Source: an uncultured Chthonomonadaceae bacterium
Lineage (GTDB): Bacteria > Armatimonadota > Chthonomonadetes > Chthonomonadales > Chthonomonadaceae
Assembly: GCA_963817895.1 (NCBI GenBank)
Contig: CAWFQB010000006.1
Coordinates: forward strand, 160,001-224,000
Direction: 5' to 3'
DNA: 64,000 nt
In this document: positions 38,799-49,293 of the stretch, piece by piece
Layout of the letters: every line of letters starts with the position of its first letter
Numbering within the stretch: the stretch's first letter is position 1
Program-made: the position numbers and the translations under genes
The notes under the pieces: model-generated
Database searches by the model: none
What the model was told of the DNA's origin: nothing
The model's input: the letters and a program-made list of their open reading frames with translations, nothing else

Positions 38799-38885
38799 GG
38801 CGAAGGTTCCGAAACCGTGAAGCCGGAAGAATTGGCGGTAGTCCGGCGTAACGTGGACTATTTCCGTTTACTGACGACAACATAA
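38799..38885 (+). repeat. diverged duplicate of the last 27 codons of the isomerase gene (38046-38129)
   Basis: GEGSETVKPEELAVVRRNVDYFRLLTTT* versus GEGSETVKQEELAVVRRSVDYFRSLAT*. Confidence 0.9.
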
Positions 38886-38894
38886 ACTGTTCCT

Positions 38895-40117
38895 TTAAGA
38901 CAGTGGGCAGGTAAACGGCAACGCCTGACGGTCACGTTCCGCTTGTATTAACGCCGTTGTCCTGTCAGTTGGTTGGATGTGAAGGGGAGCCTCGCGTTCG
39001 CGCAATGCGCCGCCCATGCGCCCACTTGCAACGGCTTGCAGTTCGGCAAGAATGGAAAGCGCGATTTCGTCCGGGTTGTCGGCCCCGATGTCCAGACCAA
39101 CCGGGCCATGCAGCCGAGCTAATTGCGCTTCCGAGGCCGCGATTCCCTCTTCTTCAACATGTTCCAGCAGGCGATGCAGGCGTTTTTTAGGTCCCAACAC
39201 GCCGATGTAACGGGCGGGGGAAACCATCAATTGCGCCAGCAAATCCGCGTCATGCAGAAAGTTGTGGGTCATCAGCAGGGTGAAGGTGTCGGGCGTGATT
39301 TCCAGTTTGTGGCGCAGGGTATCCGGGGTGCAGCCAAGAACCGCGTCCGCTTCAGCGAACCGCTCTGCGGAACTGCGGGTACAGCGCGGATCAACAACCG
39401 TGACATGCCAGCCCATCTGTTTCGCCAGCCGAACAACGGGCAGCGCATCCTGACCCGCCCCAAAAATCACAAGTGGGCGCGGCGGCAATATCGTTTCAAG
39501 ACTAATTTCGAGTCGTCCGCCATTTTGCTCGTATTGCCGGACTTCCGTTTTGCCTGATTGAAAAACCCCGTTCATATCGGCAAGTAAATCCTGCCCCACT
39601 CCGCTGTTCCGCAGACTGCCCTCACAACTTCCATCCTCATGCAGCAACAGGCGATTTCCAGCTTTAACCGTCTCGGCTTCCCCGTTCCCATTTTCCACGC
39701 GCAACACGGTGGCGATCACGCCCGGTTTGCGCCGCTCTAAACACGTTTGCAGAAATGCCAGTACCGCATTACCCTCATTCTGCGCGTCTGCCAGAGACAA
39801 ACGTTCCAGCAGCACATGAACAACGCCATTACAGCCCAACCCGAACCCCCATACAATATCCTCATTGGCGGTCGAGTCGTAAGTGACGAGAACCGGGCCG
39901 TGTTCGGTTCTGGTCCCACGCGGTTTGCAGCATATCCGCTTCCAGACACCCGCCGCTGATAGACCCCGCCACCCACCCGTTACGAGTGAACAGCATCCGC
40001 GCGCCCGGACGCCGATACGTGGAGCCTTCCGTTTGCACAACGGTTGCCAGAAACGCGGTTTCTCCCGTCATCTTGTATTCGCCGCCACGCTTCCACAATG
40101 GCCTGTGTTTCGTTCAT
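38895..40117 (-). CDS. xdhC: XdhC/CoxI family molybdenum-cofactor insertion chaperone (frameshifted)
   Basis: Motifs EGSTYRRPGARM, GSISGGCLEAD, GLGCNG and GPVGLDIGADNPDEIALSI. Confidence 0.9.
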
Positions 40118-40127
40118 GGTCACTCCG

Positions 40128-40247
40128 AGGAAGATAGGAAGATAGGAGATACGAGATACGCGTTGGCAGACAGTTTACAGCAATTTCCGTCTTGAAAACG
40201 AATTTGAGTTCAAGTTACCACTCGTATCTCGTATCTCCTATCTTCCT
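40128..40247. repeat. heptamer-repeat hairpin element, (GAGATAC/GAGATAG)n
   Basis: aggaagataggaagataggagatacgagatacg ... ctcgtatctcgtatctcctatcttcct. Confidence 0.85.
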
Positions 40248-42546
40248 AAAGCAGCTTATCCGGCGTAATCGGCAGGTCGCGGATGCGCTTGCCGGTCGCG
40301 TGGAAAATGGCGTTGGCAATGGCGGCGGGCGCCGCCTGTAATGCCGATTTCGCCGATGCCTTTCACGCCGATAGGGTTGACATGCGGATCGTTTTCCTGC
40401 CACGAAAAAGGCGTCTATTTGCGGCACGTCGGCGTTGACGGGAACATGGTACTCGGCGAGATCGCGGTTCATCACGCGGCCCATACGCGGGTCCATAACG
40501 GCTGCCTCCTGCAGCGCCATGCCGATAGCCCATACCATGCCGCCCATGATTTGCGAATGCGCGGTTTTGGCGTTTAAGAATGCGTCCGGCGGCAAACGCG
40601 CCCACCATGCGGGCAATACGCGCTTCCCCGGAACTGGGATTTACATGCACTTCCGCAAACTGCGCCCCGAACGCATGGGAAGAATACTCTTTCTTCTCTT
40701 CGCCGGGTTTCGCGCTGCTTTCCGCCGTCAGCATCTCTCTGTTATTACGTTTCAGCAGGTCGGCGTAGGTTTCGCCCTGCGCAGGCGCGTTTTTGCGGAA
40801 CAAGCGTCCGTTTTCGCTGCCAATCTGATCTTCGGTCAGGCCGTGCAGGGGCGAGGCCGCGTCCGCCAGTCGCCAGTTGAATGGCCTGTTTGCGGGCTTC
40901 CATCGCCGCCGCTTTCACTGCCGAACCGACGCTTGCCGCCGTTTGCGAACCGCCCGAAACCGGAGCCTGCGGCAACCGCGTGTCGCCCAATTCAAAGTGG
41001 ACTTTCTCCACAGGGATACCTAATACCTCTGCGGCCACCTGCGTCATGACCGTGTACGTGCCCGTTCCCAAATCCTGCGTGCCGCTGAAGGCCCGCGCCC
41101 GTCCGTCCGCCATAATTTCTATGCGAACATGCGCTTCGCCCCGGTTGGCGGGATACGTGGCGGTCGCCATGCCGTAGCCGATAAGCCAGCCGTCCTCGGT
41201 TTTCATGGAGCCGATTTTCGGATCGCGCTTGCTCCAGCCGAAACGCTCCGCGCCCTGCCGGTAACACTCGCGCAGTTCCTTGCTCGACCAGGGCAGATTT
41301 GGTGCGGGTCCGTTTCGGCATAGTTGCGCAGGCGCAGTTCCAGCGGGTCCATATTGAGCGCGTACGCCAGTTCGTCCATCGCGGATTCCAGCGCGAAGCA
41401 TCCGGGCGCTTCTCCCGGGGCGCGCGGTACTCGTCGGCGTCCCTTTGTTGATGCGAACCAGTTTGTGCGTTGCCTGCACATTGGGGCAGGCGTACAGATA
41501 TGGGCGCGACAACGCCGCATTTTTCCGTGAACTCATCATACGGCGACGTGTTGTTGGTGGTGGTATGAATGATGCTTTGCAGCCTGCCATCTCGATCGGC
41601 GCCAATCGCCACGCGCTGCAAGGTCTGCGCCCGATACCCCACCGATGGTAAACATCTGCTGCCGCGTCAGTTCCAGCTTGACCGGGCGGCCCACTTTGCG
41701 CGCGGCAATCGCGGACAAAATAACGTGCGGCCATGTAAACCCCTTGCAGCCAAACCCGCCGCCCACGAAATAGCAGACGGTTCGCACATTCTCTTTCGGG
41801 ATGCCCAGAATCTTCGCCGTCACGTTCGCCGCGCCCGACACCCACTGCGTGGCGTCGTAAAGGGTCAGTTTGTCGCCCTCCCATACCGCGATGGTAGCCG
41901 AGGGTTCTATGGGGTTGTGGTTTTCAACTGGCGTTCGGTACAGTTTGTCCACCTTCACCGGGGACAGCGCGAGTGCCACTTCCGCGTCGCCGCGCTTGCT
42001 GTCGTTGGGTTCGCGGCCCGCATCCTGGGGCGCTTTAATGGCCTCGTGCAGATGCCGCTCCATCTCCGTCTTTGGCGGCTCCTGCTGATATTGCACCTTC
42101 ACCCGACTGGCCGCGTACCGGGCCTGCTCGTACGTTTCCGCCACCACAACGCCGATATGCTGGCCGCTGTAGTAGATGGTGGCGTCCTGCAAGGGCAGCA
42201 GTTTTTGACCGGGCTTGCCGGGGTTTTCCTGCCCCTGCTGCTGCTGCGCGTCTTCAGGCTTGCTTTTCGGGTCGGGAGAGGGGAACTGATTCAGTTTGGG
42301 CGCGTTCAAATGCGTAATAATGCTCAGGACGCCGGGCAGCCGTTCCGCCTCACCGGTATCAATGCTGACGATACTGCCCCGCGCAATCGTACTCTCAATG
42401 ATAACCGCGCGCGCCAGATTGGGCAGGTCGAATTCCGCCGCATAGGGCGCGGTTCCCGTGACTTTCTGCCGCCCGTCAATGCGGTTGAGCGGCTTGCCCA
42501 CGATTTGCTCACCCAGGCTGTTGTTTTCTATTGTATCAAGTTTCAT
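40246..42546 (-). CDS. xanthine dehydrogenase-family molybdopterin-binding subunit (PaoC/YagR-like; several frameshifts)
   Basis: Motifs RIDGRQKVTG, VGGGFGCKG, RAPGEAPG, QDLGTGTYT, GGSQTA and RIRDLPITPDKLL. Confidence 0.9.
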
Positions 42547-42626
42547 AGATCGAAACTCCTGTGTTCAATTCGGAATGTTGCCGCCGCAACGTAAAGTTAG
42601 CAGCGATGTTTCGCGGCGAATCGTTT

Positions 42627-43613
42627 CTATACCATGTCGGCGACTGCCGTAATGGTTCGCGTGATGGTACGGCGGGCGAGTTCCACTTTGAAACCGTTGT
42701 ACTTGTATTTTTTCGCGCCATGCAGGGCCATATCCGCCGCCATCTTATATGAGGCTTCGTTCGCGGGCTTGCCAATCAGAGCCTTTTCCGCGTCTACTGC
42801 CCGCCAGGGCTTGTGCGCCACGCCGCCCATAACAAGGCGGCAATGCTGAATTTTGCCGTTTTGGACATCGAGAGCCGCCGCGACGGATACGAGCGCGAAC
42901 GCGTAACTGGCTCGGTCACGAACCTTGATATAGCGTGAATGGGCAGCCCAGGGCATAACCGGAAGTTCGACATGCGTAATCAGTTCGCCGTGTTCCAGCA
43001 AAGTTTCAATGTGGGGCGTGTCACCCGGCAGCAGATGAAACTCGCTGACGGGGATACGCCGAACCCCCTTTGGCCCCTGCGTCACGACTACGGCATCCAG
43101 CGCGTACATGGCAACCGCCATATCGGAGGGGTGGGTTGCGATACACTTGTTGCTCGTTCCCAAAATGGCGTGAATACGGTTATAACCTTCGAGGGCGGAG
43201 CAGCCGGAGCCGGGTTCGCGCTTGTTGCAGGGCGTGGCGGTATCGCGGAAATAGTAGCAGCGCGTTCGCTGCAACAGATTGCCGCCCGTTGTCGCCATGT
43301 TGCGCAATTGCGCCGACGCGCCCGCGAGGATGGCTTCCGAAAGCACGGGATAGTTTTTAAGAATGATTGGGTCATGCGCGAGGTCGGAGTTTCGAACCAG
43401 GGTTCCGATGCGGACGCCCCCATCCGGCAATGTTTCAATCCGGTTGAGCGCAAGCCCGTTGACATCCACCATTCGCAGGGGAGTCTGCACGTTCAGTTTA
43501 TAGTTGTCAAGCAGGTTGGTTCCGCCCGCCAGAAACTCTGCCTGAGGGTTGCCGGAAACTTCCGCTACCGCGCCCTCAGCGTCCGTCGGACGGATGTAGG
43601 AAAATGGCTGCAT
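42627..43613 (-). CDS. FAD-binding subunit (PaoB/YagS-like)
   Basis: Motifs AGGTNL, GASAQLRNMATTGGNLLQRTRCYYF and RDRASYAFA. Confidence 0.92.
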   Translation of the reverse strand: MQPFSYIRPTDAEGAVAEVSGNPQAEFLAGGTNLLDNYKLNVQTPLRMVDVNGLALNRIETLPDGGVRIGTLVRNSDLAHDPIILKNYPVLSEAILAGASAQLRNMATTGGNLLQRTRCYYFRDTATPCNKREPGSGCSALEGYNRIHAILGTSNKCIATHPSDMAVAMYALDAVVVTQGPKGVRRIPVSEFHLLPGDTPHIETLLEHGELITHVELPVMPWAAHSRYIKVRDRASYAFALVSVAAALDVQNGKIQHCRLVMGGVAHKPWRAVDAEKALIGKPANEASYKMAADMALHGAKKYKYNGFKVELARRTITRTITAVADMV

Positions 43614-43615
43614 GG

Positions 43616-44464
43616 CTAAAGTTTTCCTTCCTGAGCAGCGTGCTGAATGTAATTCTGAGCGGAAGCGGCGACGCTCTGCGCCGTTTCGACCCCGGCAGGA
43701 CGAGCGCGGTTGGCCTGTTTGTTCTTCTCGTCCATCACGCTTTTAATGGCGGCCACGATGTTGATATACGCGCCGCAGCGACAGATATTGCCGCTCATCT
43801 GTTCCCGAATGTCGGCATCCGTTTTGGCGCGTCCCTCGTTGACAACCGCAACGGCGGACATAATCTGGCCGGGAGTACAATAGCCGCACTGAAAACCGTC
43901 ATGGGCGATAAACGCGGACTGCATGGGGTGCAGGTTCTCGCCCTCCGCCAACCCCTCAATCGTGGTAATCTTCTGGTTTTGGTGCATGATGGCGAGCGTC
44001 AGGCAACTGTTGACGCGCCTGCCGTCAATGTGAACGGTACACGCGCCGCACTGTCCGTGATCGCATCCTTTTTTCGTGCCGGTCATGCGCAGGCGTTCGC
44101 GCAGGGCGTCCAGCAGGGTGACGCGCGGCTCGACGGATAGCATCTGTTCCTTTCCATTGATGTTGAGCGTGATATTGACCGGGGGTACGGCAGGGGCGAG
44201 TTCGCGAACGGGCGCGGTTGTGATAGCGGCCCCGGCTTCGGTTTCCAGCAGCAGAGGCGCGACTGCCAGCGCTGCGCTGACACCCGCCGTGCCTGCGATA
44301 AATTCGCGGCGCGAGGGCGCAGAGGCAGAAGTTGTATTCGCGTCCGGCTTCAAATCCAGAATGTGGGGGCGCGCGTTCGCGTATTCCGCTGCCGTCGTAT
44401 CTAACGGCAATTCTGTCGTGTTTTCTTTGGGTTCTTTCAAGAGAAACCTCCGCGTTGGCTGCAA
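43616..44464 (-). CDS. 2Fe-2S subunit with Tat signal (PaoA/YagT-like; start uncertain)
   Basis: Tat motif SRREFIAG; GTKKGCDHGQCGAC, QCGYCTPGQ and GNICRCG. Confidence 0.92.
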   Translation of the reverse strand: MQPTRRFLLKEPKENTTELPLDTTAAEYANARPHILDLKPDANTTSASAPSRREFIAGTAGVSAALAVAPLLLETEAGAAITTAPVRELAPAVPPVNITLNINGKEQMLSVEPRVTLLDALRERLRMTGTKKGCDHGQCGACTVHIDGRRVNSCLTLAIMHQNQKITTIEGLAEGENLHPMQSAFIAHDGFQCGYCTPGQIMSAVAVVNEGRAKTDADIREQMSGNICRCGAYINIVAAIKSVMDEKNKQANRARPAGVETAQSVAASAQNYIQHAAQEGKL

Positions 44465-44670
44465 AAAGCCGTAATGCTAAAATCGTTGAAATTTAGTGCG
44501 CAGTGGGTTCAGAGGAGTAGGTTCTGCGTCAGGATAATGCCTGTTTTCAGACTTACGCATGGTAAAAGAGTTTGGTTCATCAGCGGCGACGCATATATGC
44601 GGAAATACGCCGCAAGGCAGAGGCGCGATTTCTGCTCACACTGTCAGGCGCAAAAATGATATAATAGACT

Positions 44671-45666
44671 ATGAGGCGATTATTTTTTATCTGGCGTTGC
44701 GTACTGGCGATTCCCGGCATAGCCCTGTTGCTGACAAGCGCGTTCCTGCTGGGAACCGGCGTTTTCGGAACGTGGCGGTTTATTCTGGGGTTGGTGTTTC
44801 ATCTTGTCGGGCAGGCTTGCTGTATCGGGTCATTGTGCCTGCCCGTCTGGTGGCAGGCCAGGCGTATTCGGCAGGAATCGTGGGCTTCGGGGCTATCGGC
44901 TTTTCAGTCCAACGCCATCCGGTCGGCGCGTTTTCGTCCCGAAGCGCAGATCGTTCGCCTGCTGTGCGGGGCGGCATTTTGCATCCTGATGGCGATCTGG
45001 CTGGCAGCCGGGGCATGGGGCCTGCGGAACCTGTTGCGCCTGCGAACCGGGGGCGTTATCACCAACGCGGCGATTACCGGCACGTCGTTCCGCGAGGCGG
45101 GCGCGATGCTGACCGTGACGTATGCGTTTCCGGTTCCCGGCAGTCTGCCCGTGACGGACACGTTTCGCGCGCCCCGCAATCTGTTGCCGACTTTGCGCAC
45201 AGGCAATCTGCTGCCCGTCACGTATCTGCCTGCCGACCCGTCCGTACACGCCTGGCAGCGCGTGGACAATGCGTTTGTCGCGCGACATTGTCTATCGGGC
45301 ATGGCGGTCTTTGCCGCGCTTGTGGCGTATGCGGGTGTGCCACTGTTATGGGCTGAAAGGCGTATGCGCCGCCAACTCCGTTTGGCGCGGGTGGGCGTGG
45401 GCGTCACGGGAGCGATTGTGGTTTGCAGGCCGCTGTTGTGGCGCAAAATTCGGCGCGGTTATCTGCTGACCTACTCCTTTGCCACTCCCGACCGCCGCGT
45501 GTTTTTCGGACGGGCTTTAGTTCCGTACCTTGCCGACGAGCCGACTCTGCCCGGTTTTCCCCTGACCGTGCTTTACGACCCTGTTTATCCCGGCATCAGC
45601 CTGCCTCTGGCCGCGTTTCATGTGGTGGAGATAGCAAACGCGCGCAAAATGGTTTTAGCGGCGTAA
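44671..45666 (+). CDS. membrane protein with DUF3592-like domains
   Basis: TM helices plus two repeats of G......I...Y.F...V.Y.P..P. Confidence 0.6.
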   Translation: MRRLFFIWRCVLAIPGIALLLTSAFLLGTGVFGTWRFILGLVFHLVGQACCIGSLCLPVWWQARRIRQESWASGLSAFQSNAIRSARFRPEAQIVRLLCGAAFCILMAIWLAAGAWGLRNLLRLRTGGVITNAAITGTSFREAGAMLTVTYAFPVPGSLPVTDTFRAPRNLLPTLRTGNLLPVTYLPADPSVHAWQRVDNAFVARHCLSGMAVFAALVAYAGVPLLWAERRMRRQLRLARVGVGVTGAIVVCRPLLWRKIRRGYLLTYSFATPDRRVFFGRALVPYLADEPTLPGFPLTVLYDPVYPGISLPLAAFHVVEIANARKMVLAA

Positions 45667-45830
45667 TAGCCCTCAACCCCTGCGCCTTCTCCCAAAAAAG
45701 CCTGGGAGAAGGGGAACCTGTTAAGCAGGAACAACGGCCTCAACGATAGAAACAAAGGGCAACACTCTTATAGAAGATTGCCCTTTGTTTTCGTTTGGCT
45801 GGTTATCTTGCTATTCAGGAGGAGTTTACA

Positions 45831-46385
45831 ATGTTGAAGGGCGAACGTTTGATTTTGCGGGCGTGGGAACGGGACGATTTGCCGCGCATGCATGAGTTTT
45901 CCAACGATCTGGAAGTGGAATTGTTGGGCGGAGGCGATGCGCCGAAACCCCGTTCTCGCGAACAGATAACCGCCCGGTTTGAAGAGATGATGAAAGGGGA
46001 TAAATCCCATCATCGCGAACTTGGGGATTTCATTATTGAGGCGGATGGCAAAGTGATCGGCCATTGCGGATTGTGGCGTTTTGACGCGACGGCTGCCACC
46101 TGCGCGCTGGGCATCGGTATCGGCGACCGGGAATATTGGAGCAAACACTACGGGCGCGAAGCCATCGGCCTGCTGCTGGATTACGCTTTCCGGGTTCACA
46201 ATCTGCGCCGCGTCTGGCTGGACACGTCGAGCGCGAACGAACGCGCCCTGAAATGCTATCTCGCCTGTGGCTTCGTGGAGGAGGGGCGTTTGCGCCGGCA
46301 CGACTGGAACAACGGGCAGTACGTAGACCGGGTGTACATGGGCATTATGCGCGAGGAGTACCTCAACCCCGACCCGTCGTTGTAA
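45831..46385 (+). CDS. GNAT N-acetyltransferase (RimJ/RimL type)
   Basis: Motifs ERLILRA, IGDREYW..HYG and NERALKCY..CGFVEEGRLR. Confidence 0.9.
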   Translation: MLKGERLILRAWERDDLPRMHEFSNDLEVELLGGGDAPKPRSREQITARFEEMMKGDKSHHRELGDFIIEADGKVIGHCGLWRFDATAATCALGIGIGDREYWSKHYGREAIGLLLDYAFRVHNLRRVWLDTSSANERALKCYLACGFVEEGRLRRHDWNNGQYVDRVYMGIMREEYLNPDPSL

Positions 46386-47148
46386 TACTACTGATAGCCG
46401 TGACCGCTTTGCCGATGAACATATCTACATCATGCAGAAGACCGTTGGTTTGCTTCAGAGACACCGGCCCGTATAGCTGTCCACTCACAACAGTATCTAC
46501 AGGAATAGAGTAGAAACACGCGACAAATTCTGTATAATCTATGGCATTGGTTTGAACATATTTTGGATTTGCCTTTGCCGTATCGAATTCATGTACGATG
46601 AAGACGGCAAGGGGCGCGTTGTCTTCGGCTGCCTGTAATGTCGTTCCCGCCATTCCGGTCAGCAGTTGATACCGCAGACTGCTCCAGGGTAATTGATCCG
46701 GCTTCGCGCTTGCGCCGAACACGATTTTCAGCAAAGCATCAATTCTTTCGGGAACTTTGCTATTGGGTGAACTCGCTATACCTTTCTTCAAACGAGCTTC
46801 AATTGTGTCGCCGAACGGCTCGTCTACTTTGGCTTCCACGCACACAACGGTTGCCTCATTGCTGACCTGCCCTTTGAGCATTAAGTCGTGGTTGCGGCCC
46901 TCCCCGCGTTGTGGCAACTTTGTTACGCGCTCAGGATAGCCTTCGCTGAACGCCATGCCTGATGTTCGCGCATGTGTCGCCAGCAGTGCCTCCACTTCTT
47001 TGGGGATATTGGGCGTGGAGGAAGTAAACCACGCCCGCGCCAGTTCCATCGCGCTACGTCCCGCTTTCCAGTGTTCCGGCTTTTTGGGCCGCGTCCAGTC
47101 ATCCATACTGTTGATAACTTGCTTCGTATTGAAGTTTTTCAGCATCAT
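46363..47148 (-). CDS. DUF6946-like protein (putative PD-(D/E)xK nuclease fold)
   Basis: Motifs HWKAGRSAMELARAW, RNHDL...VEAKVDEPFG and LRYQLL. Confidence 0.7.
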   Translation of the reverse strand: MMLKNFNTKQVINSMDDWTRPKKPEHWKAGRSAMELARAWFTSSTPNIPKEVEALLATHARTSGMAFSEGYPERVTKLPQRGEGRNHDLMLKGQVSNEATVVCVEAKVDEPFGDTIEARLKKGIASSPNSKVPERIDALLKIVFGASAKPDQLPWSSLRYQLLTGMAGTTLQAAEDNAPLAVFIVHEFDTAKANPKYVQTNAIDYTEFVACFYSIPVDTVVSGQLYGPVSLKQTNGLLHDVDMFIGKAVTAISSITTTGRG

Positions 47149-47178
47149 TGGCGTTCTCCTGAACTTGTGGTGGGGATT

Positions 47179-47637
47179 TCAAAAGCTGCTATGGGGATGC
47201 GTCAACAACTGGATTTCTGCGCCGGTCACGCCCTGAGTCTGTACATGCGTTTCAATCAGGTTCCAGATGTCGCCGGGAAGGGAACTGCTGCTGATCGCCT
47301 CGGAAAGCGGCCACAACAGCATGAACAGCGCCCAGGGCGTGACCAGCAGGCTGATCAAACCCCAAAAGGCGGCATGTTTGGCCTCATCCGAACTGATCCA
47401 CTGGCGCTGTCCCATTGTGACCACAACTCCCGGCTCTCCCTCTTTGGTTCGGGCGATGCCGACTGTGACCGCGTGACGAATTTTGGCGGGCGTGTTGCCC
47501 TCTCCGATCTGCACCAGAACCGTATCGCCCTGCCCAATCTGTTGTGCCTGCAAATCCGGTTGCGGGTCGTAGGTGGCGATTAGAGTGGCGGCCAGTTCTT
47601 CGGGAGAAACGGAGCCGCGATAGATGCGCTGTTCCAT
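47179..47637 (-). CDS. hypothetical membrane protein
   Basis: AAAGGA RBS, ATG and one hydrophobic segment. Confidence 0.75.
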   Translation of the reverse strand: MEQRIYRGSVSPEELAATLIATYDPQPDLQAQQIGQGDTVLVQIGEGNTPAKIRHAVTVGIARTKEGEPGVVVTMGQRQWISSDEAKHAAFWGLISLLVTPWALFMLLWPLSEAISSSSLPGDIWNLIETHVQTQGVTGAEIQLLTHPHSSF

Positions 47638-47739
47638 AATATCCTTTCAGGAGAGGAAAACAGAATTTGAGACACTGCAAGGGATATTCGCTATTCCGTC
47701 TCTATCTTCCTGCCAACACCAGACGCGCATTTCGATTAG

Positions 47740-47850
47740 CTACTTGCAGCGCATGGTGACGGCCTGATCCGCGTTCATGGCATAGCCCTGCGCCCACGCC
47801 TGCTCGTACTCCTGATCGCCTGATTCCGCCGCGCAGTTCGGCCAGTTGCT
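47740..47850 (-). pseudogene. orphan C-terminal fragment resembling the tail of ATPase/TPR regulators
   Basis: Reads QLAELR..GDQEYEQAWAQGYAMNADQAV, similar to the AWAEGRAMxLEQAV tail motif. Confidence 0.5.
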
Positions 47851-48046
47851 ACCCATGCGTTTCCCGTATGGGTGTCGCTGATCCGCAGATACGAGATGCC
47901 TTTTTACCTGTTGAGGAACTGAAAAAGAAGTAGCCTGCCCGATGTGTTCAACTACTTCTGCGCCGCCTGTTCGTCACGCGCAGCGCGTTCGCATATAATA
48001 TCAGCCACAATCCTGCCCATACGGATTGTGGCTGTTTGCTGCGTTA

Positions 48047-48180
48047 GACAACGGAATGAATTCCTTTGCTACGGGCGTTCCGCCAATTGTCCTTCGGACA
48101 AAACTCTCTTGTGGTAGACTCTCGTGTCCGCAGGACACTTAGCCGCAGGCTCATAGCAACGGAATGAATTCCGTTGCTAT
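48047..48180. repeat. REP-like composite palindrome
   Basis: Two caacggaatgaattcc(g/t)ttgcta units flank tgtccttcggaca and tgtccgcaggaca hairpins. Confidence 0.75.
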
Positions 48181-48228
48181 CCAAAGGGACAACACGATTA
48201 CTCTGTTAAATCTGCCAGGGCAGTAGGC

Positions 48229-48567
48229 TCAGGCGACGGCGTATCCGGTATGCGGACGCACATCTACGGGGTGAAAGGCCGGTACAATGTCCGATTTCGG
48301 GACGCCCGCCGCTTCAATCGTATAGCCCACGCCGTCTTCGGTATTGTCGCGTTGAATCCAAATCTTTTCGTTGAGGATATCTATGTGCGCGAGGCAAAAG
48401 TGGACGCGGCGAACCTGCGTTTCCCATCCAACCGTCATTACGAGGTAGCGGTCATTCGTCTCATCGAAGACAGCCTCATGCTTCATTTCCGGGTTGGAAT
48501 ATTTGAAGTCGGCAATTTCCGTCAGGACTTCACGGACAATGCGACGATAGCGTTCTAATTTCTCCAT
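48229..48567 (-). CDS. xisI: XisI-family protein
   Basis: FDETNDRYL..VGW, HIDI..EKIWIQRDNTEDG, GVPKSDIV.AFHP and TGYAVA motifs. Confidence 0.9.
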   Translation of the reverse strand: MEKLERYRRIVREVLTEIADFKYSNPEMKHEAVFDETNDRYLVMTVGWETQVRRVHFCLAHIDILNEKIWIQRDNTEDGVGYTIEAAGVPKSDIVPAFHPVDVRPHTGYAVA

Positions 48568-48584
48568 TGGATAGTTTTCTCTTC

Positions 48585-49181
48585 TCAGCGCAGCATAGAG
48601 CAGATGATGCCGACGATCTTTTCCGGGTACGCCAGATAGTACAGGTCGCCGTCAATCGTTGCTTCAGTTCCCTGAAGGCGCAGGAATTTCCAGTCCGTGC
48701 CGGTTGTTACACATCCGTACAGCGTGTTTATCGGTTTCCCCGCCCTGTCGTTGAAAATCTGCGCGGCGATGAGTTCGGCAAGGCACTGCGGAATGCCTTT
48801 GAGAATATCTTCCTTCTTCGCTTCCACCACGGAAACTACCGGAGCCTCTATCTCTATCGTGAGCGGCGAAAGGCTGAACAGGAAATCGCAATAACCAATC
48901 AGCCCTTTGTTTTGGTCTACGTTGAATTCCGTGCCGGAAAAGAGATTGGCGCGTTCGCGCGTTTGCTGATAAACCTCGGCGAGAATGGGCGCGATGAGAT
49001 ACTCGGAACGCGCCTTTTCCGAATTGCCGCGCAGGGCAAGCCCGGAGTTTTGCGCCAGTGTTTGCCGCAGCAGGTCGGAAATGGGAGAGGACGGCGCATC
49101 GGCGAAAAGTCCGGCCTGTTCGGTGACTTGCAGGCCAAAGCGCGTTTTCAACTGAACGGTTGTGAACTTGTTGTAGGCCAT
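48585..49181 (-). CDS. hypothetical restriction-endonuclease-fold protein, paralog 2
   Basis: Motifs SEKARSE, G.CDF, VVEAKK, QCLAE and YGCVTTG..WKFL. Confidence 0.8.
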   Translation of the reverse strand: MAYNKFTTVQLKTRFGLQVTEQAGLFADAPSSPISDLLRQTLAQNSGLALRGNSEKARSEYLIAPILAEVYQQTRERANLFSGTEFNVDQNKGLIGYCDFLFSLSPLTIEIEAPVVSVVEAKKEDILKGIPQCLAELIAAQIFNDRAGKPINTLYGCVTTGTDWKFLRLQGTEATIDGDLYYLAYPEKIVGIICSMLR

Positions 49182-49293
49182 ACAGCGCGTTTCTCCGTAC
49201 GGTGGGGAATGGAGTATTTCAGTCGTCCTTTAGGGTTGTAAAAATACAGGTTCCCGAACGGCGCGTAGGGGCAAACCCTGTGTTTGCCCGAAC

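Noticed and set aside
38472..38885. 137-aa ORF as a genuine fusion with the isomerase tail
   Set aside because: A single indel near 38675 gives a more natural protein ending at 38776, so the fusion is probably an error product.
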